Shown here: positions 1-12,791 of the stretch, piece by piece
Position numbering within the stretch: position 1 is the stretch's first letter
Layout of the letters: each line of letters opens with the position of its first letter
Source: Vicugna vicugna
Taxonomy: Eukaryota
Assembly (NCBI GenBank): GCA_013265495.1
Contig: MU057984.1
Span: 310,001 to 374,000, forward strand
Reading direction: 5' to 3'
DNA length: 64,000 nt
Translations under genes and position numbers: made by a program
The notes under the pieces: model-generated
What the model saw: the letters and a program-made list of their open reading frames with translations, nothing else
Told to the model about the DNA's origin: nothing
The model's database searches: none

Positions 1-2935
1 TAAACAATGTTACCTGTCAATTATATCAAATAAAAACAAAAGGATGAGAGGGTACATGAAATTAACATGGATTTGGGAAAATAGGAATTACTGTTTTCTC
101 ATGTTCTACATGTCATTTACAGTAGAGTCCCGTGGAGCTGACATATTGGTACCCCAGAGGTATGTGGAATCTTTACAGACTGACTGGTTGCATCAATAAA
201 GAATCCAGAGAAGACCCTTAAGAATAAATAACTACCACTGGGTACAAAATTCTCTTTTTCAGATTTTAGTCTCATGTTTTTTTTGAAAAGGCTGCAGTGC
301 TTATTGTAGGATGACGGTTTCACAATAATAGGGGAAAGGAGGGTGGGTGAAGAGGGGAAGGCCTTGCAGTGTGAAGGGGCACAAGCTACGCGTAACTCTG
401 TGCACATTTACTGCACTGATAGAGACTTTAAAGTTCACCTAACCTGCCCCCATATTGCCAATAGACATCCTGAGGTTAATAAATGTTTCAAAGTGTTTAC
501 GGATGAGATTTCATCTTCTCTGTGTTTCATCAGGAACAACTCAGGGGTATGGCCTGTGGAGAGGAGTGTAGTTACCACAAAGGGAAAAAAAAGTGGTTGT
601 AACAAATTGAATGAAAAATCAAAGGATGAGTGAAATGTGGCTGGCATTTAAAAGTCACAGAAAATAAAGGAAACCACTTATAAATAATACTCTGTCCCTC
701 TAGCTATAAAAATAACTTTCATTAAACTGAAGCTCATATGCCTAAATGTAAAACTACATAAAGGTTTTAGCATAATATAATGTTTTTACTTTTACATTCA
801 GTAAAATTAAGCAAAAATCCATATTATTAAAGTCTGTACATTAATTATGATGGAAAAAGCTGCATACAGATTATAGATTAATTACAAATATATATGAGAG
901 ACTGCCAGCTTAATCTCTGCATCAGCAGAGACAGAAAGAAGGAGAATGAAATGAGTAACATTGCAAAAAGTCAAGTGAGAGGTTCCACTTACTTATGCAA
1001 ATCTCAGGGAGATGGCCAGAGGGACATGCAATATATTCAACCACTGGTATGGCACAGCCTTAGACTAAATTGTGGTAAACTATGTATCAACAAGAAGGCC
1101 TTGCAGGGTCTTCAACCTGGGACTGGGCACCCTTGCCCTCTCAGCTTTTGATTTGACTTGGCAAGGCTGACACTCTCTTTGGTGTATGGGGCCCTGGTAC
1201 GGGCCTGGACCAATCTGCATTGCTTAAGGTGCTCAGGGATGCCGGCTCCTACTTCCTCAAGGCAGCAATACCTCGCCTTTGGTTTCTATTTGTTTTGACC
1301 AAATTTCATAGACAGAAAAGGACAATGAAGGACTGGAAGATAAATCTACAGGGGAGAGAAGTCGTCTGGTTTGGTTCAATAAAAAGGCTCACGTGTTGGT
1401 GGAAGAAGGCTGCTCAGGCCACAGCAAACAGCTACAAATGGAACCCACTCTTAACCGAGGCCCCATGTCAAAGACCCCTGCCTGACGCCCCTGCTTCTCT
1501 CATAGGGACAATCTTAGAAATGCCAAGTGGGAATCCAGGACTATTCAGAGGGGATGTTTACCTGGGCACCATCATGAAGACACGGGTTATGTCAATACAC
1601 GGCTTTGCATGTGCAGTGTTCGTGTGCTGTGGGTGGGGGTCTGTCAACCCCTCTTCCCAGAAAGTGCATTTCCTTTAAAACTGGGGCATGATTCTGTTCC
1701 AGGTTCCTCCATTCAATCTACCCCGTCCACACATGAGCAGAAATCTCTTTGGATCTCTAGCATTTGATACCATGAATTTTCAGGGCTTTTATAGGTTCTT
1801 CCCTAATCCAAGAATTTCTATGAACACTGATGGAAGTTTTGTTAAACCGTTTCTACTTTCAAACAGCTATTACATAAATCATTTCATTCTTTATTTGAAA
1901 GTTCAAATGGAACAGCCAAAATGAAACAAATCACATACCCCTGATAGCAGTTTTAGTAGAAATGTTTCTGCTTTACACATGGAAAGTTATCAAACTGAGG
2001 CTTAATTACTTTATAGGTTTCAACAGGTGGTTTTTAATGGCAAGACAGTTATCACAGATTTAATAAGAACAGGCACTAACTAGGTGGACTTGGATGTTTG
2101 ATTATCTATTTAAGCGTGTAATTGCATTTTTCAATATAATTAGCAATAAAATTGAATGCATAAATTAATAGATGTATTTCTCAACTTAAGTAATTGTAAT
2201 TCAATGCAATACTTTTGATTAGGGGCATTATTTCTCAATTGATAGCAATATAATTTAACGATTATTGCTTTTCCTAATATTTTCTCTGACAAGAACAAAA
2301 TATATGTAATCAAAAGGCGTGTTCTAATAAATTGAGATGCTAGGTTAAGGGCAATTATATTTTGATTAATTTAGATAAAATTTATGGAAGTAAATATTAA
2401 TAGTCAAATAGTCTAATTCAGAGAATAAAATCATCCTCTTATTTATGCTGAGAATTAACCCTAGTATTTTCTAGGGCTATAATATAAATTGATATAAAAA
2501 AGGGATTGTGAAACATTTTATTAAACTACTGGTCATACTAAAGTTGTTTTTTTTTTTTTTACAAATTTTTACATAGAGGGATTCAGTGAAATCTTACATT
2601 CTTTTTATAAAAGAAATGAAAAACAAATGTAGAATCACTATAAAATAGCATATTTTTCCCTCTTAAGTGGTAATTCAGTGTAAAATTAAACTGTTCTTTA
2701 CATAGTTAACAGGCTAGACTATTTCTCATGTGTAAATGATCCTATAGACAACAGGTCAATAAAATATCTCTTTCCAATTACCATTATTTCACTGCATATG
2801 CATTCAATATAGTACATAACTGATATAAAACTTACATATTTGAGGCTATCTCCTGGGTAATAAATTCCCTCCTCAGGTCAACACATGGCAGTATCTTTCT
2901 GGAAAAGGCTTATACCAAAAAACTTTTCCTCTATA

Positions 2936-3026
2936 GACTCTCTTCTTTGTTTCCCTCTCTCTCTCTTCCCCCTCTCCCATCTTCCTTTCTCCCTTTCTCC
3001 CTCTCCCTCTCTCTGTCTCTCTCCTT
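2936..3026 (+). repeat. CT-rich low-complexity (polypyrimidine) tract
   Basis: About 90 nt almost entirely C/T. Confidence 0.8.
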
Positions 3027-3059
3027 TGCTGGTTTTAAAGAAGCAAGATGCATGGATCC

Positions 3060-3222
3060 CAGAGCCAGGAAATTAATTCTCCCAACAACCTAAGAGAATT
3101 TTGAAGCAGCGACTTCCAAGGAGAGCCCAGCATGGGCCAATCCCTTGACTGAAGACTTGACAGGCCTTAGACAGAGGACCGGTCTAGGTCATGTCTGGAT
3201 CTCTGATCCATGGAAAATGTGA
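3060..3222 (+). mobile_element. MLT1-type MaLR LTR fragment
   Basis: aattctcccaacaacctaagaga...cttgactgaagacttg...tctctgatccatggaaaatgtga resembles the MLT1 3' half. Confidence 0.55.
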
Positions 3223-3504
3223 CTTGTTACACAACCAGAGATAACTAATACAGACGGGGCACAGTTGGGTAGGCACACCCCCACTCTGCTCCCATGGGAC
3301 TTCCTTACCCAGCCATTCTAAAATTAACCTGCAAACAGTGTAACTCTGCTTATTCTTGAGGATAAGCTCTTTGTTTAGCAACTAGAGGAGTGAAACTGCC
3401 ATCTACATTTCTAGAGTCTTCAGCTGCCTTCAATTTGCCTGTACTGGTTATTCCATTAAAGTGTCAGCCCGTGATGAAAGCAGACAACACAGCTCTGTGC
3501 TCAC

Positions 3505-3650
3505 CTTCTTGTTGCTGAGGATGATGACACAGTAGCGCATGTGCATGTCAAAGGGAAGAAAGAAGAGCTCCAGGTTGGAAGTCCCTTTTGGTCCCAGGTG
3601 AAGAGTGTGTGTAGAGCAGAAGAACTCTTTGATGAAATGGGACTTAATCG
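3505..3650 (-). CDS. CFAP47: CFAP47 coding exon (146 nt, phase 1 to 0)
   Basis: ttttgacag acceptor; (x)IKSHFIKEFFCSTHTLHLGPKGTSNLELFFLPFDMHMRYCVIILSNKK; donor AAG|GTGAGC. Resembles recalled human IKSTFIREFFCS...RYCVIILSNKK. Confidence 0.9.
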
Positions 3651-4269
3651 CTGTCAAAACATAAATGAGGGCTTGTTGACGTATCATTTCATTAAGTGCT
3701 GTTCAAACAAAGCAGCTGTTTCATTCAGTGATTAAAGTTTGAGGATGAATTTAAAAAGTGCTCAAAGCACTAGCACAAACAATTACAAGATGATGCACTC
3801 ATTTGTTAATGAAAGTATGGGTGACCCCGCCCAAGCCTGATATAATGAAAATGCATAATTATGACCCTTTATAAAAGATTCTTTAATAAACAAAGGGAAC
3901 TTCACTAGTACTTAAAATGAGCCTGGATATATATTATATACATATATATAGCAAAGAGGTCATCCTAGAATCTTCAACTTTTTTTGTAAACTAAGTGACT
4001 ATACAAATCACAGATGTAACAGACAACTTAAACTGGAAATAAAAGACTGTGTATATCTATCTATCTATCTTTCTTTCTCTCTATTGGTTTTTTAAATACA
4101 TTCACAAATTCCTCAAGACTGCCTTGAATGTGGGGATACTGTGGGCCAGTCTTAGTGATTTTATCCCAAGGAATAAATATGTTGGAATGGAGCAAAATCA
4201 AGCAGTGTGACTGCTGATCCTAGAGCAGAAAATGTAACACAACTTCTTTCTAATCATCTCTCCTTCTTA

Positions 4270-4517
4270 GTTCACTTGCTTTTAGAACCACGTTGCCTTC
4301 CTGTGAAGAAGCCTAGGCCATCTAGAGAGGCCCCAGGTAAGTGTCCAGGCCAAGAGCCCCACCCTCAGTCTGACTGCACTGCATGAAAGACATTGAACAA
4401 GAGTCACTGAGCTGAGGCCAGTCAGCCGCTCAGTGTGAGAGATAATAATTATAATACATTTTGTTTAATGCCACTACACTTGGGGTGTTTTTTCTGTAGC
4501 TAGAGATAACCAGAACA
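4270..4517 (+). mobile_element. MLT1 (H/G-like) MaLR LTR fragment
   Basis: Ends tttaatgccactacacttggggtg...tagagataaccagaaca, a typical MLT1 terminus. Confidence 0.65.
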
Positions 4518-7255
4518 TCTCTGTATCTACTTTCCTATCCACCATTCTATCTATATTTTCTAAATCTAGAGTTATTTCAAAAAACAACGTAAATCTGTGT
4601 TCTCCTTAAAATTTTAAACATGGTGATACCTGTCACCTAAATAGGTTGAACCAGTTCAGAATAAGCTGAAAGAAACATAAAGGTCATTTATTGAAATACA
4701 TTCACTGTGCAGGTGAGGAAGCTAAGATTTAGCAGTGAAAGGCAAGATGTGGACAGTTTTCCAAAGGGTCATGAACAGAAAAGGCTGAGGATCAACACCT
4801 CAGCCTGCCAATGGGCCAGCAATCCCCAGAGCCTGCTGTTCTGTCTCTGGTCATCACTACTAACTACTGAATATTTCATTTCATATGATGCTCTATACAT
4901 AAGAATAAGACATGAAAACAAATAAATTAGCTTTTATTTGAGGCACTCACAGGTTTTTAAGGCATTTGGGGCATGGAAAGAGCCTTCAGCAACGTCACAT
5001 TCACCGCTACTCACAGCACCACTGTCATAAGTAGATAGAAAACCAACATCAACAATACAAACAAAACCCAAAAACAATACTCTTATCTTAATTCAATCTT
5101 ACAGATTACTAAAAATTATGGCTATCTACACTATGATATGCAAAGACCACAGATGTATTTCAGATACCATTTTTATGTTTATATCATGTTAGAAATTTTA
5201 AAAATAAGAAAAAGGAAACTAACAATCATCCATATTTTCACCATTGCTTTTTAAAAAATTTGGTAAACACAATTCATTTTTACTTTCAAATACTGTAAAG
5301 AAGTAAACATTTGACAATACTAACCAAAATAATAAAACCCCAAATCCCAAGACTCGAAAGTAGGTGGTCTCAACTGAGGACGACATAGGTAGTCTCTCCA
5401 AAAATGGTTTTAGAACTTTATTTCTTGAGAAAGTCTTTTCTCTAAGCTTAATGTTTCCATACTGGCTTCTTTAGTGTAAAGGCAGAAGGAGACTTGGGCA
5501 GCTGTTTAATCTCTTCCTGCAGCTCTGAAAATTAATTAGCAGATCACAGCCTGAAGCAAGTGCCTCCCTTGAAAGGTTCCACATCTTCCAGGACCCATCA
5601 ATTTTGTCCAAATTGCTCCTCTTAGTATTCATTATTATTTTGCTATCAATTAGTATCTGGGCTCTAAGATATTGTTTGATTTTTTTCTGAGAATATAAAA
5701 ACTCCATATTTTCTCACCTTGCCAGCTGCTCTGTCTGAATATGATACTGTAAAACTACACTATTTCTAAGTAATGCTCTTCCAACCATATACATTCCTTT
5801 CCTCCAAACACTATCTTTTCTTTACACTACATTAATAATAAGGTTATTTACCACATCTTGTCATTATTTTACTTTACTTCTACTCCAGGCACTCTGATTA
5901 GCACTTCAAGTAATAGCCCCCCATTTAAAAAGAACTTCTAATATTTTATGTAATTTGAGCATTGGATAGATACTTGAAGGCTATAATAGACATAGTAGAT
6001 GGATATTTCAGCATTTATAAGGGAGATTATACAAAGGGTGGAAAGAACAAAAAAGAATGCTTATTTCTCAATATACGACTCTGATGCCATCTCTTTGATA
6101 ATGGAGCTCTGGGTAGAAGAGCTGATTAAAATCCTCAGATAATCTCCACATCTCATTTGGCTCAATACTTGCAATTACTAGCCCTTTAGTCAATTTTTTT
6201 TTTCATAGTGAAGAGAACAGCAGAGCAATTTAGGCTTCATCTCCTTTTTCTTTTCTTTACCTGTTTTGTTGGAGAACAGCTAATGAAAGTGCCTTCTGAA
6301 CAAATCAGAGTTGCCTCATCCTCAAAAGAGAGTCTCAAACCCAGAAAAATTATATGCACAATTTATGCTAAAGATAGATTAAAAAAAAACTGCAGACCTA
6401 AGAATTTTATTGACTTGCTCACAAAGCTAATGATTATGATGATTAATTCAGATTTTTTTCACCAGAAAATAATTTAATACAGTAATCTGGCTCAGGACAA
6501 TTCTATTTTACCTGATCAAAGTTCTTGAGTCTAGAAATTTGGTGTTAAACCCAACTTAATTACAAAACCAGTATCCTGCATGTCCTAAAAACTGAACAGA
6601 AAACAACGCATTTACTTTTTTGTTACTCCCTCAATCCATTGCTATCATTTTCCTAGATGCTCACTGATTACTGTTGAAGCTATGGCAGAGGGAGCATTTT
6701 AAAGCCTTGGTCGTAAGGAAGAAGCAGCATCAAAAGAGGTGAAAATTATACAAAACAACACAGATCAAGCAATGGAATATTTTCTGCTAACTTAGTAATG
6801 GGCCAAAATCAGGGAGTAGAACCTACTCACAAGGTGTGAAGGGAGGACATTCCTTTTTCCTCTGTAATAGGAGCACATAGCTCTTGAAATGTCAATGTAA
6901 TCAAAATGACACTGAACTGGTTCTATTCAGGGCATGAATAAGTCAGCCCCAAGAATGACTTCCTCCTACTCAAGCCTTTTCAACAGGGAAGGAAGATCTT
7001 TAGTATAAGCTTTCATACTTCTGGGCTGGCACTCAGGGCTGCATCCAAACCAAAGAGCAAATTATCTGGTTCAACACTAGTTTTTACACATCATAGGAAG
7101 GAATATAAGAGGATCAATTTTTAGATTCAGTCCATCCTCCATGTGTCCAGGAGTTTGTCAAAAAAGGGCCTCCTGGCCATCTGGAGGGCAGTTAAACTGG
7201 AATGTTTGCTGCTTTTTGTACTACTTTGGCCCATGAACAGTTGAGAAGTCTCTAA

Positions 7256-8105
7256 AGCAAGGGGTGCTAACCTGTGGTCTAAGAACAGAGTGAATCTGTG
7301 AATTTAAATGGGGAAAAATTCCAATCTTGATTTCCACTACCTCTTAAGAGCAATTTAAACCAAACCATAGTAATATTAGCTACACTACGGTTTGGTCACC
7401 AAACAATCAACAGATATGTTGATAGCACATTTCAGTTCTTGCACATATCTTGAGCTATTATTTACTTTCACTACTACTTTCAAAGTATAGTAGTTATCTC
7501 CACCAATAGATTTTATTATGTGCTGTGTTAATGAAGAAGTAATTTAATATATTACAATTTTTAAAATATTTTGATAATCTACTAGACTTTTATTTCCTCT
7601 ATGCTATAGACTGAACTGTCACCCTTAAACTCATATACTGAAGACTTAACTCTCCAAATAGCTGTGTTTGGAGACAGGGCTTATTGGAAGGTAATTAAAG
7701 TTAAATGAGGTTATAAGGGTGGGGCCCTGATTAGATAGAATTAGAGTCCTTATACAAAGAAACACCAGTGATCTTACCCTCTCTCTGCATTCACAAAGAA
7801 AAGATCATGTGAGCATACAGTGAGACTGCTGCTGCCAGTAAGCCAAAAGAAGAGGCCTCAGAATGAAACCTAGCTTGCTGGTATCTTGGATTTCCCAGGC
7901 TCCAGAACTGTGAGAAATAAATTTCTGTTGTTTAAGCTCCCCATTCTATGATATTTTGTTATGGCAGCCTAAGTAGATTAAGACACTCTTAATCCTTGCA
8001 TCTTATTTTATGTATTTATGAAACACTATTTTATGATATAGAACAGGCTTCAAATCAGACTGCCAAAGAGCCTGATGACATTAAAACCGGGTATGAAACC
8101 CTAAA
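7256..8105. mobile_element. hAT-Charlie-type DNA transposon remnant, split by an MLT1A LTR
   Basis: 5' end aaggggtgctaacctgtggtc and 3' end cagactgccaaagagcc...gaaaccct resemble Charlie-family termini; internal homology resumes after 7985. Confidence 0.6.
7602..7985 (+). mobile_element. MLT1A-like solo LTR
   Basis: Starts tgctatagactgaa, contains taattaaagttaaatgagg and AATAAA, ends gattaagaca; flanked by ctcta/ctctt (5-bp TSD, one mismatch). Confidence 0.85.
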
Positions 8106-8879
8106 TCTAAAGCAAGAGGATCATGACAGATTATTAGTACACACATCTGGCTTTTGATTCAGTCTGCTTTCCTTAGAGACTTGCTTAATTCTAATTGTTA
8201 CTAATTATTCAGTGTAGTAGAAAGAAATATTTTAAAATCATGGCTCTCCAGAACCCAGCTTTTTTGGTTTTTTAAGCAAGAATCAAGACTCAGAAATATA
8301 TCTCCACCAGGGCCTTATTTGATTTGGGTGGCTATTCTGAGCCAAGCTATTCTGGGAACAAGTACGAATGATGAAACCCCTAAGTTCATAGAGTATCCAG
8401 TCGGCCATGCAAAGCAGCTCTACAAGAAAGAAGTACAAAGCAGAATGACAAACACTTCAACAACTTTTCAACCTGAATTCACACTTTCCCATGCTGACAC
8501 TATAGTCCATATTTATAAGCATATGCCGTAGACTTCCCCTTAACTGCCTCTCCTCCACTCCTCCGATGCTGCCTCAATTCCCTCTTCCTATGTTCTTTCT
8601 ATACTTGTAGGAAAGTCCTCCCCTTGCTCTAGATTCCGCCATCAAGATAGTACTCATACTTCAGATCCCAGTTTGTATATGATAAAGGAGAACATGCGGT
8701 ATGCGTAGAAGAAAGTTATTAGGACCTAATTTTTCCTCTTCAACATCTTCTCTTCCATGAATATCGCAATAATATCTACAAAGTGATATTCCTTGCCAGT
8801 TAGCTCACAGAGCACATATATATATATGAATATATTATATTATATCCATATATATATATGGATAACATATACAACTGAA

Positions 8880-9045
8880 TGCATTCTGCCCTGTATAATT
8901 ATTTCCATTTGTGTAGATTTTTGTTTCTTCTCAGCTTGATGGTGGGCAACTTGAGGGCCAGATCTGTGACTTATTTATCCCAACATTTCTCCAGTACTAA
9001 GAACAATGCTTAAGGTGCCACTTAGTGAGAATTTATTCAATGATA
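8880..9045 (+). mobile_element. L2 3'-end fragment
   Basis: caacttgagggccagatctgtgacttattt...ccagtactaagaacaatgc matches the L2 tail. Confidence 0.55.
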
Positions 9046-9489
9046 AATAATTTGATATTGCTGGAAAAAAATAGCAAATCATATCACTGTACGAAATTAT
9101 TTACAAAGTGCTCATTTCTGAGCACGGCTGAGCCATCACTCAATCTTACAGTGTGGCTAAAATCAGTCTCCTGTCCTGATCCCTTCTGACAATCCATGGG
9201 ACTTAATTAGAATATAAACTTCTTCACTGCTCTTGCTTATGCACGTGGATCATGTTCCCATAAAGTAAAATACGAATGATGAGTATAAAGTTTTCTCATC
9301 CATGTGGTTGCAAATGTGTTGTTTTATATGTATCTGTTGCTTAAGAAGACAAGTTTATAGAGATGTTTGAAAGTTTTTAATAGGTGATCCTTTTTTATGC
9401 CACCTGAAAGAATTTCAGCACTTGGCTCATTTGAGAAGGGATAATTTATTATTTGGGAGATACTAACTGAAGTGACTCTGAAGAGGAGT

Positions 9490-9950
9490 ATCCATTAGTA
9501 TATGCGAGGTCAGGCAACAGTAACAACCCCACAGCTCAGTGGATAAACACAATAGTTTATTTCCTGTTCACACTACATGTCCATCCTAGGTGGAGAGGAT
9601 ACACTCAGAGATCCTTGGTGAAGGAGGCCTCCATTTCTATATGTGCTTCTCTAATAACTGTGGTAGGGAAAGGGGACAAGAAAAATTGCTCACTGGGTCT
9701 TAAAGCTGCCACTTGGGAAAAAAAATATTGGCAAGGGAGGGTAATAGCTAAGTGGCAGAGTGCATGCTTAGCATGCATGAGGTCTTGGGTTCAGTTCCCA
9801 GTACCTCCATTAAATAGAACAAAAAACAAACCAACAAAAAACACTGAGCACGTCTCACATGCCACTGGCCGATTAAGTTATGTGTTCATGTCTAACTTCA
9901 ACATCAGTGGGGAAGTGCAATATTATCATGTCTCTAAAAAGATGAAAAAA
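9490..9950 (-). mobile_element. Old MLT1 (K/L-like) LTR interrupted by a SINE
   Basis: cagtaacaaccccacagctcagtgg...tttatttcctgttcacactacatgtcca is a reverse-oriented MLT1 3' end. Confidence 0.5.
9735..9842 (+). mobile_element. tRNA-derived SINE (camelid Vic-1-like)
   Basis: GGGAGGGTAA head, A-box TAGCTAAGTGG (9745-9755), B-box GGTTCAGTTCC (9788-9798), A-rich tail. Confidence 0.85.
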
Positions 9951-10164
9951 GGATATTTGGAAAAAGCTTAAAAAAAATCCAGTTAGCTTATGGAGATTTT
10001 TAAAAACATTTTCTTGTTCTCTTATATTATCTTGATGATTAAACTTAGAGACTAGACCAGGGTTCTACTCAGACAATGTAATGCTTATTATATGGTGTCT
10101 TACATACAAAAATTAATCAGAGAGGTACTGCACCAGATTTCCATTCTAGTCACAATTTAAAATG

Positions 10165-10335
10165 CAGGGAAATATATACAAGATCTTGTGGTAGCTCATA
10201 GCGAAAAAAAAATTTGTGACAATGAATACATGTATGTTCATGTATAACTGAAAAATTGTGCTCTACACTGGAATTTGACACAACATTGTAAAATGACTAT
10301 AACTAAATAAAAAAAAGTTAAAAAATAAAAAGAGT
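10165..10335 (+). mobile_element. Young, severely 5'-truncated L1 (3'UTR plus A-tail)
   Basis: cagggaaatatatacaagatcttgtggtagctc...acaacattgtaaaatgactataact followed by an A-rich tail. Confidence 0.8.
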
Positions 10336-10495
10336 TTAAAAAGGAAAAAAATGCATGTTTCTTAAAAAAATAAAATAAAATAAAAAGCATGTTCTTAAAC
10401 TTTATTTGTCTGGAAATCTGTTTAAGACAAACAGTAAGGAGATCTTTAAGAGAAACAGGATGTGTCACACTGCTAAGTATTGTTTTATTAAGATA

Positions 10496-10520
10496 TGTGT
10501 GTGTGTGTGTGTGTGTGTGT
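10496..10520 (+). repeat. (TG)n microsatellite
   Basis: About 12 perfect TG units. Confidence 0.95.
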
Positions 10521-12791
10521 ATAAAGACATACATATTTAAAGATAAAAAGGCCTCATTATGCTGATGAAGCAAGACTGATGGAATATGAGATAACGCTGT
10601 GTTATCTGGAGGTAAAACTTCCTTTCATGTCCTCTCATGGTGGAACTGTCGGCTCCCTATCCCAGTAACCACTGGCCATGCCCTCCTCCTGGACAAAACC
10701 CTCATGTCATTTTAATGTATATGTGGAGAAGGGCAGTTTTTCAATCTTCCTGTAAGCTAGGTTCACTCATCTGATTAAGATTTGATGAGTGGGCTACAAA
10801 CAGAAGTGCTACATGGTATTTCTGGGAAGCTTCCCTAATAGACAAAGGGCACACTCATCCTTTTGCTCCCTCCTTTCTGCTGCCTATAACATGGATGTGA
10901 TTGCTGGAGTTCTGGACACTTTGGATGCCCCTTGAAGGTGAATAGAGATGCGCCTGCTACATGCATTGGAGCCTAGAGGTGTCACACAACAAGGAGTCAA
11001 GACCCTAGAAGAAGGAGCCACAGTCATGCTTCTAATAAACCTGTTCAGAACTGTCAGAAAGGCAGCCTTTTGGCGAACTTGAGACTATCCTAACTCAACA
11101 TATGAATCTGGGGCTCAGTATTCAACCCACATCAGTGCTCAAAGGACAAACCAAGAACCAGCCCTTCTCCTAGAGGAACTGTGTGGCTTTTGCCTTTGTC
11201 AGTCTCACCCTTGCTTTTGATCTGGGAGAGGTATATGGAGTAAATCCTCACTCCTTTAAACTAAAGGCTCAGAGTTATTCTTTGAGAGCTAATCTGCCAA
11301 AGTATGACCACTCTATACTGGATCATGTTCCCCATGACCCAACACTCAATATCACTGCATCTTTATGTTTCTTTTCTCACTGGAAGGTTTGAGAGAAGAA
11401 CTAAGAAAGTATAGTATTATGAATATGATGGGAAGAGACCGTACAAGAAATAATGATCAGTAAAGTCTGAGACTGTGGCAGACATACTTCTTAAGCGATG
11501 CTTCATGCTGCACTGGGAGTTATTTTGTATATTTCCAAAGTTTCCTTCCTTCCCAAAATTAAATTATAAGTGCTTTCATACTTGTTCATTCTATTTTGTT
11601 TTTGATTTGAGATGCATAACATAAAAAGGCATCTTTACCTGCAATGTGAGAGTCTATGGCTTCAATAATTCTGGAATTTTGAGTATAATCAAAACCACTC
11701 CAGAATAGTGTATGAATAAAAACCATGCTAAAATTTGGGATCCAGAATTTTTATATTGCATTCCAAATTATGAAAGTAGAATCAATTGGGCTGCTCAATT
11801 AAAGGATCCAACTTTGAGTTACTTGTGCTCATGGATACCTACAGCATTTCTTTGAGATCTAACTCTCGTTTAATATGTGATACTATAAATTATTCGTAAA
11901 TAATGTGAAGAAAATTTTCAAAGCCATTCAGGCAGAATCTGGGACCACAAAGCAACTTCTTGATCAAGAAGCAAGGGATTGGAAAAAAAAAAAAAAGTAC
12001 AGGTGAACTGTTTACTGAAGGTTTTTTTTTAAAGCAATACTAGCATTTCATACTACAAAGAAATTAAGATGAAATGCCTAAAATACTCTATTTCTATGGT
12101 ATCTATAATGGTGCCTTATAGCACAATGTATTAATTCACACTTTATTGTTCATTAAAGCAAAATGTGAAAGGAAGACTTTGAATGCCTTAGTTAAGAATG
12201 AAATTAGCATTCAATGAAACAAATTCAGTCAGACAAAAACGTTTTCTCCTTTAACAATTGTTCTCACAGAAAAACCAATGAAGAAATCAAAGATCTTCTA
12301 ATAAATGCAATGTTTATAATCTTCTAAAACAACTGGCTTAAATATAATACACTTTTGGAAAATAAACTATATTCATTTCAATCTTAGCAAGATCTGAACA
12401 ACCACTTTAATGGTTCTGATGTCTTTAACATTGGAATTTCTATAGTATCAGCATTGCCAAACTCTTGCTTCTTGGAATGTTTTTGCATCTAAAAGGATGA
12501 CACTGATGCTGTCAAGTATTACACAGAGACAATGGCATAAAATAAACTAACAACACAGTAGTAATGGTCAACATATACAAGCATTTCTTTGGTATTTTCT
12601 TCCTGCCAGACTTTCTTCAACCTTTGTAACCTTGTTTTATTCTATTTCACTTTAAATAGCTATTCTACAGTTTAAACCAGATGAGACATATCAAGCAATT
12701 GAACTTTTAAAAAATTCTGCTTCTCTATTCAGAAGTCAAAGTTCCTTTCTAAACTAAATACAGACCTCATAACATGGGTCAAATAAGCTTA

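Noticed and set aside
1220..1678. 152-aa plus-strand ORF
   Set aside because: TTG start and no recognisable similarity; local GC richness lowers stop density.
6261..6320. 60-nt minus-strand block with CAG|GTAAAG donor
   Set aside because: GAG acceptor, wrong length class (3n), and stops in the required frames.
9735..9810. tRNA-like sequence
   Set aside because: It has an A-rich tail and a second dispersed copy, so it is a SINE rather than a tRNA gene.
12385..12488. Open block after ccttttag (MQKHSKKQEFGNADTIEIPMLK...) as the missing CFAP47 exon
   Set aside because: Open only in phase 0; the required phase-2 reading hits TAG, and there is no good donor.
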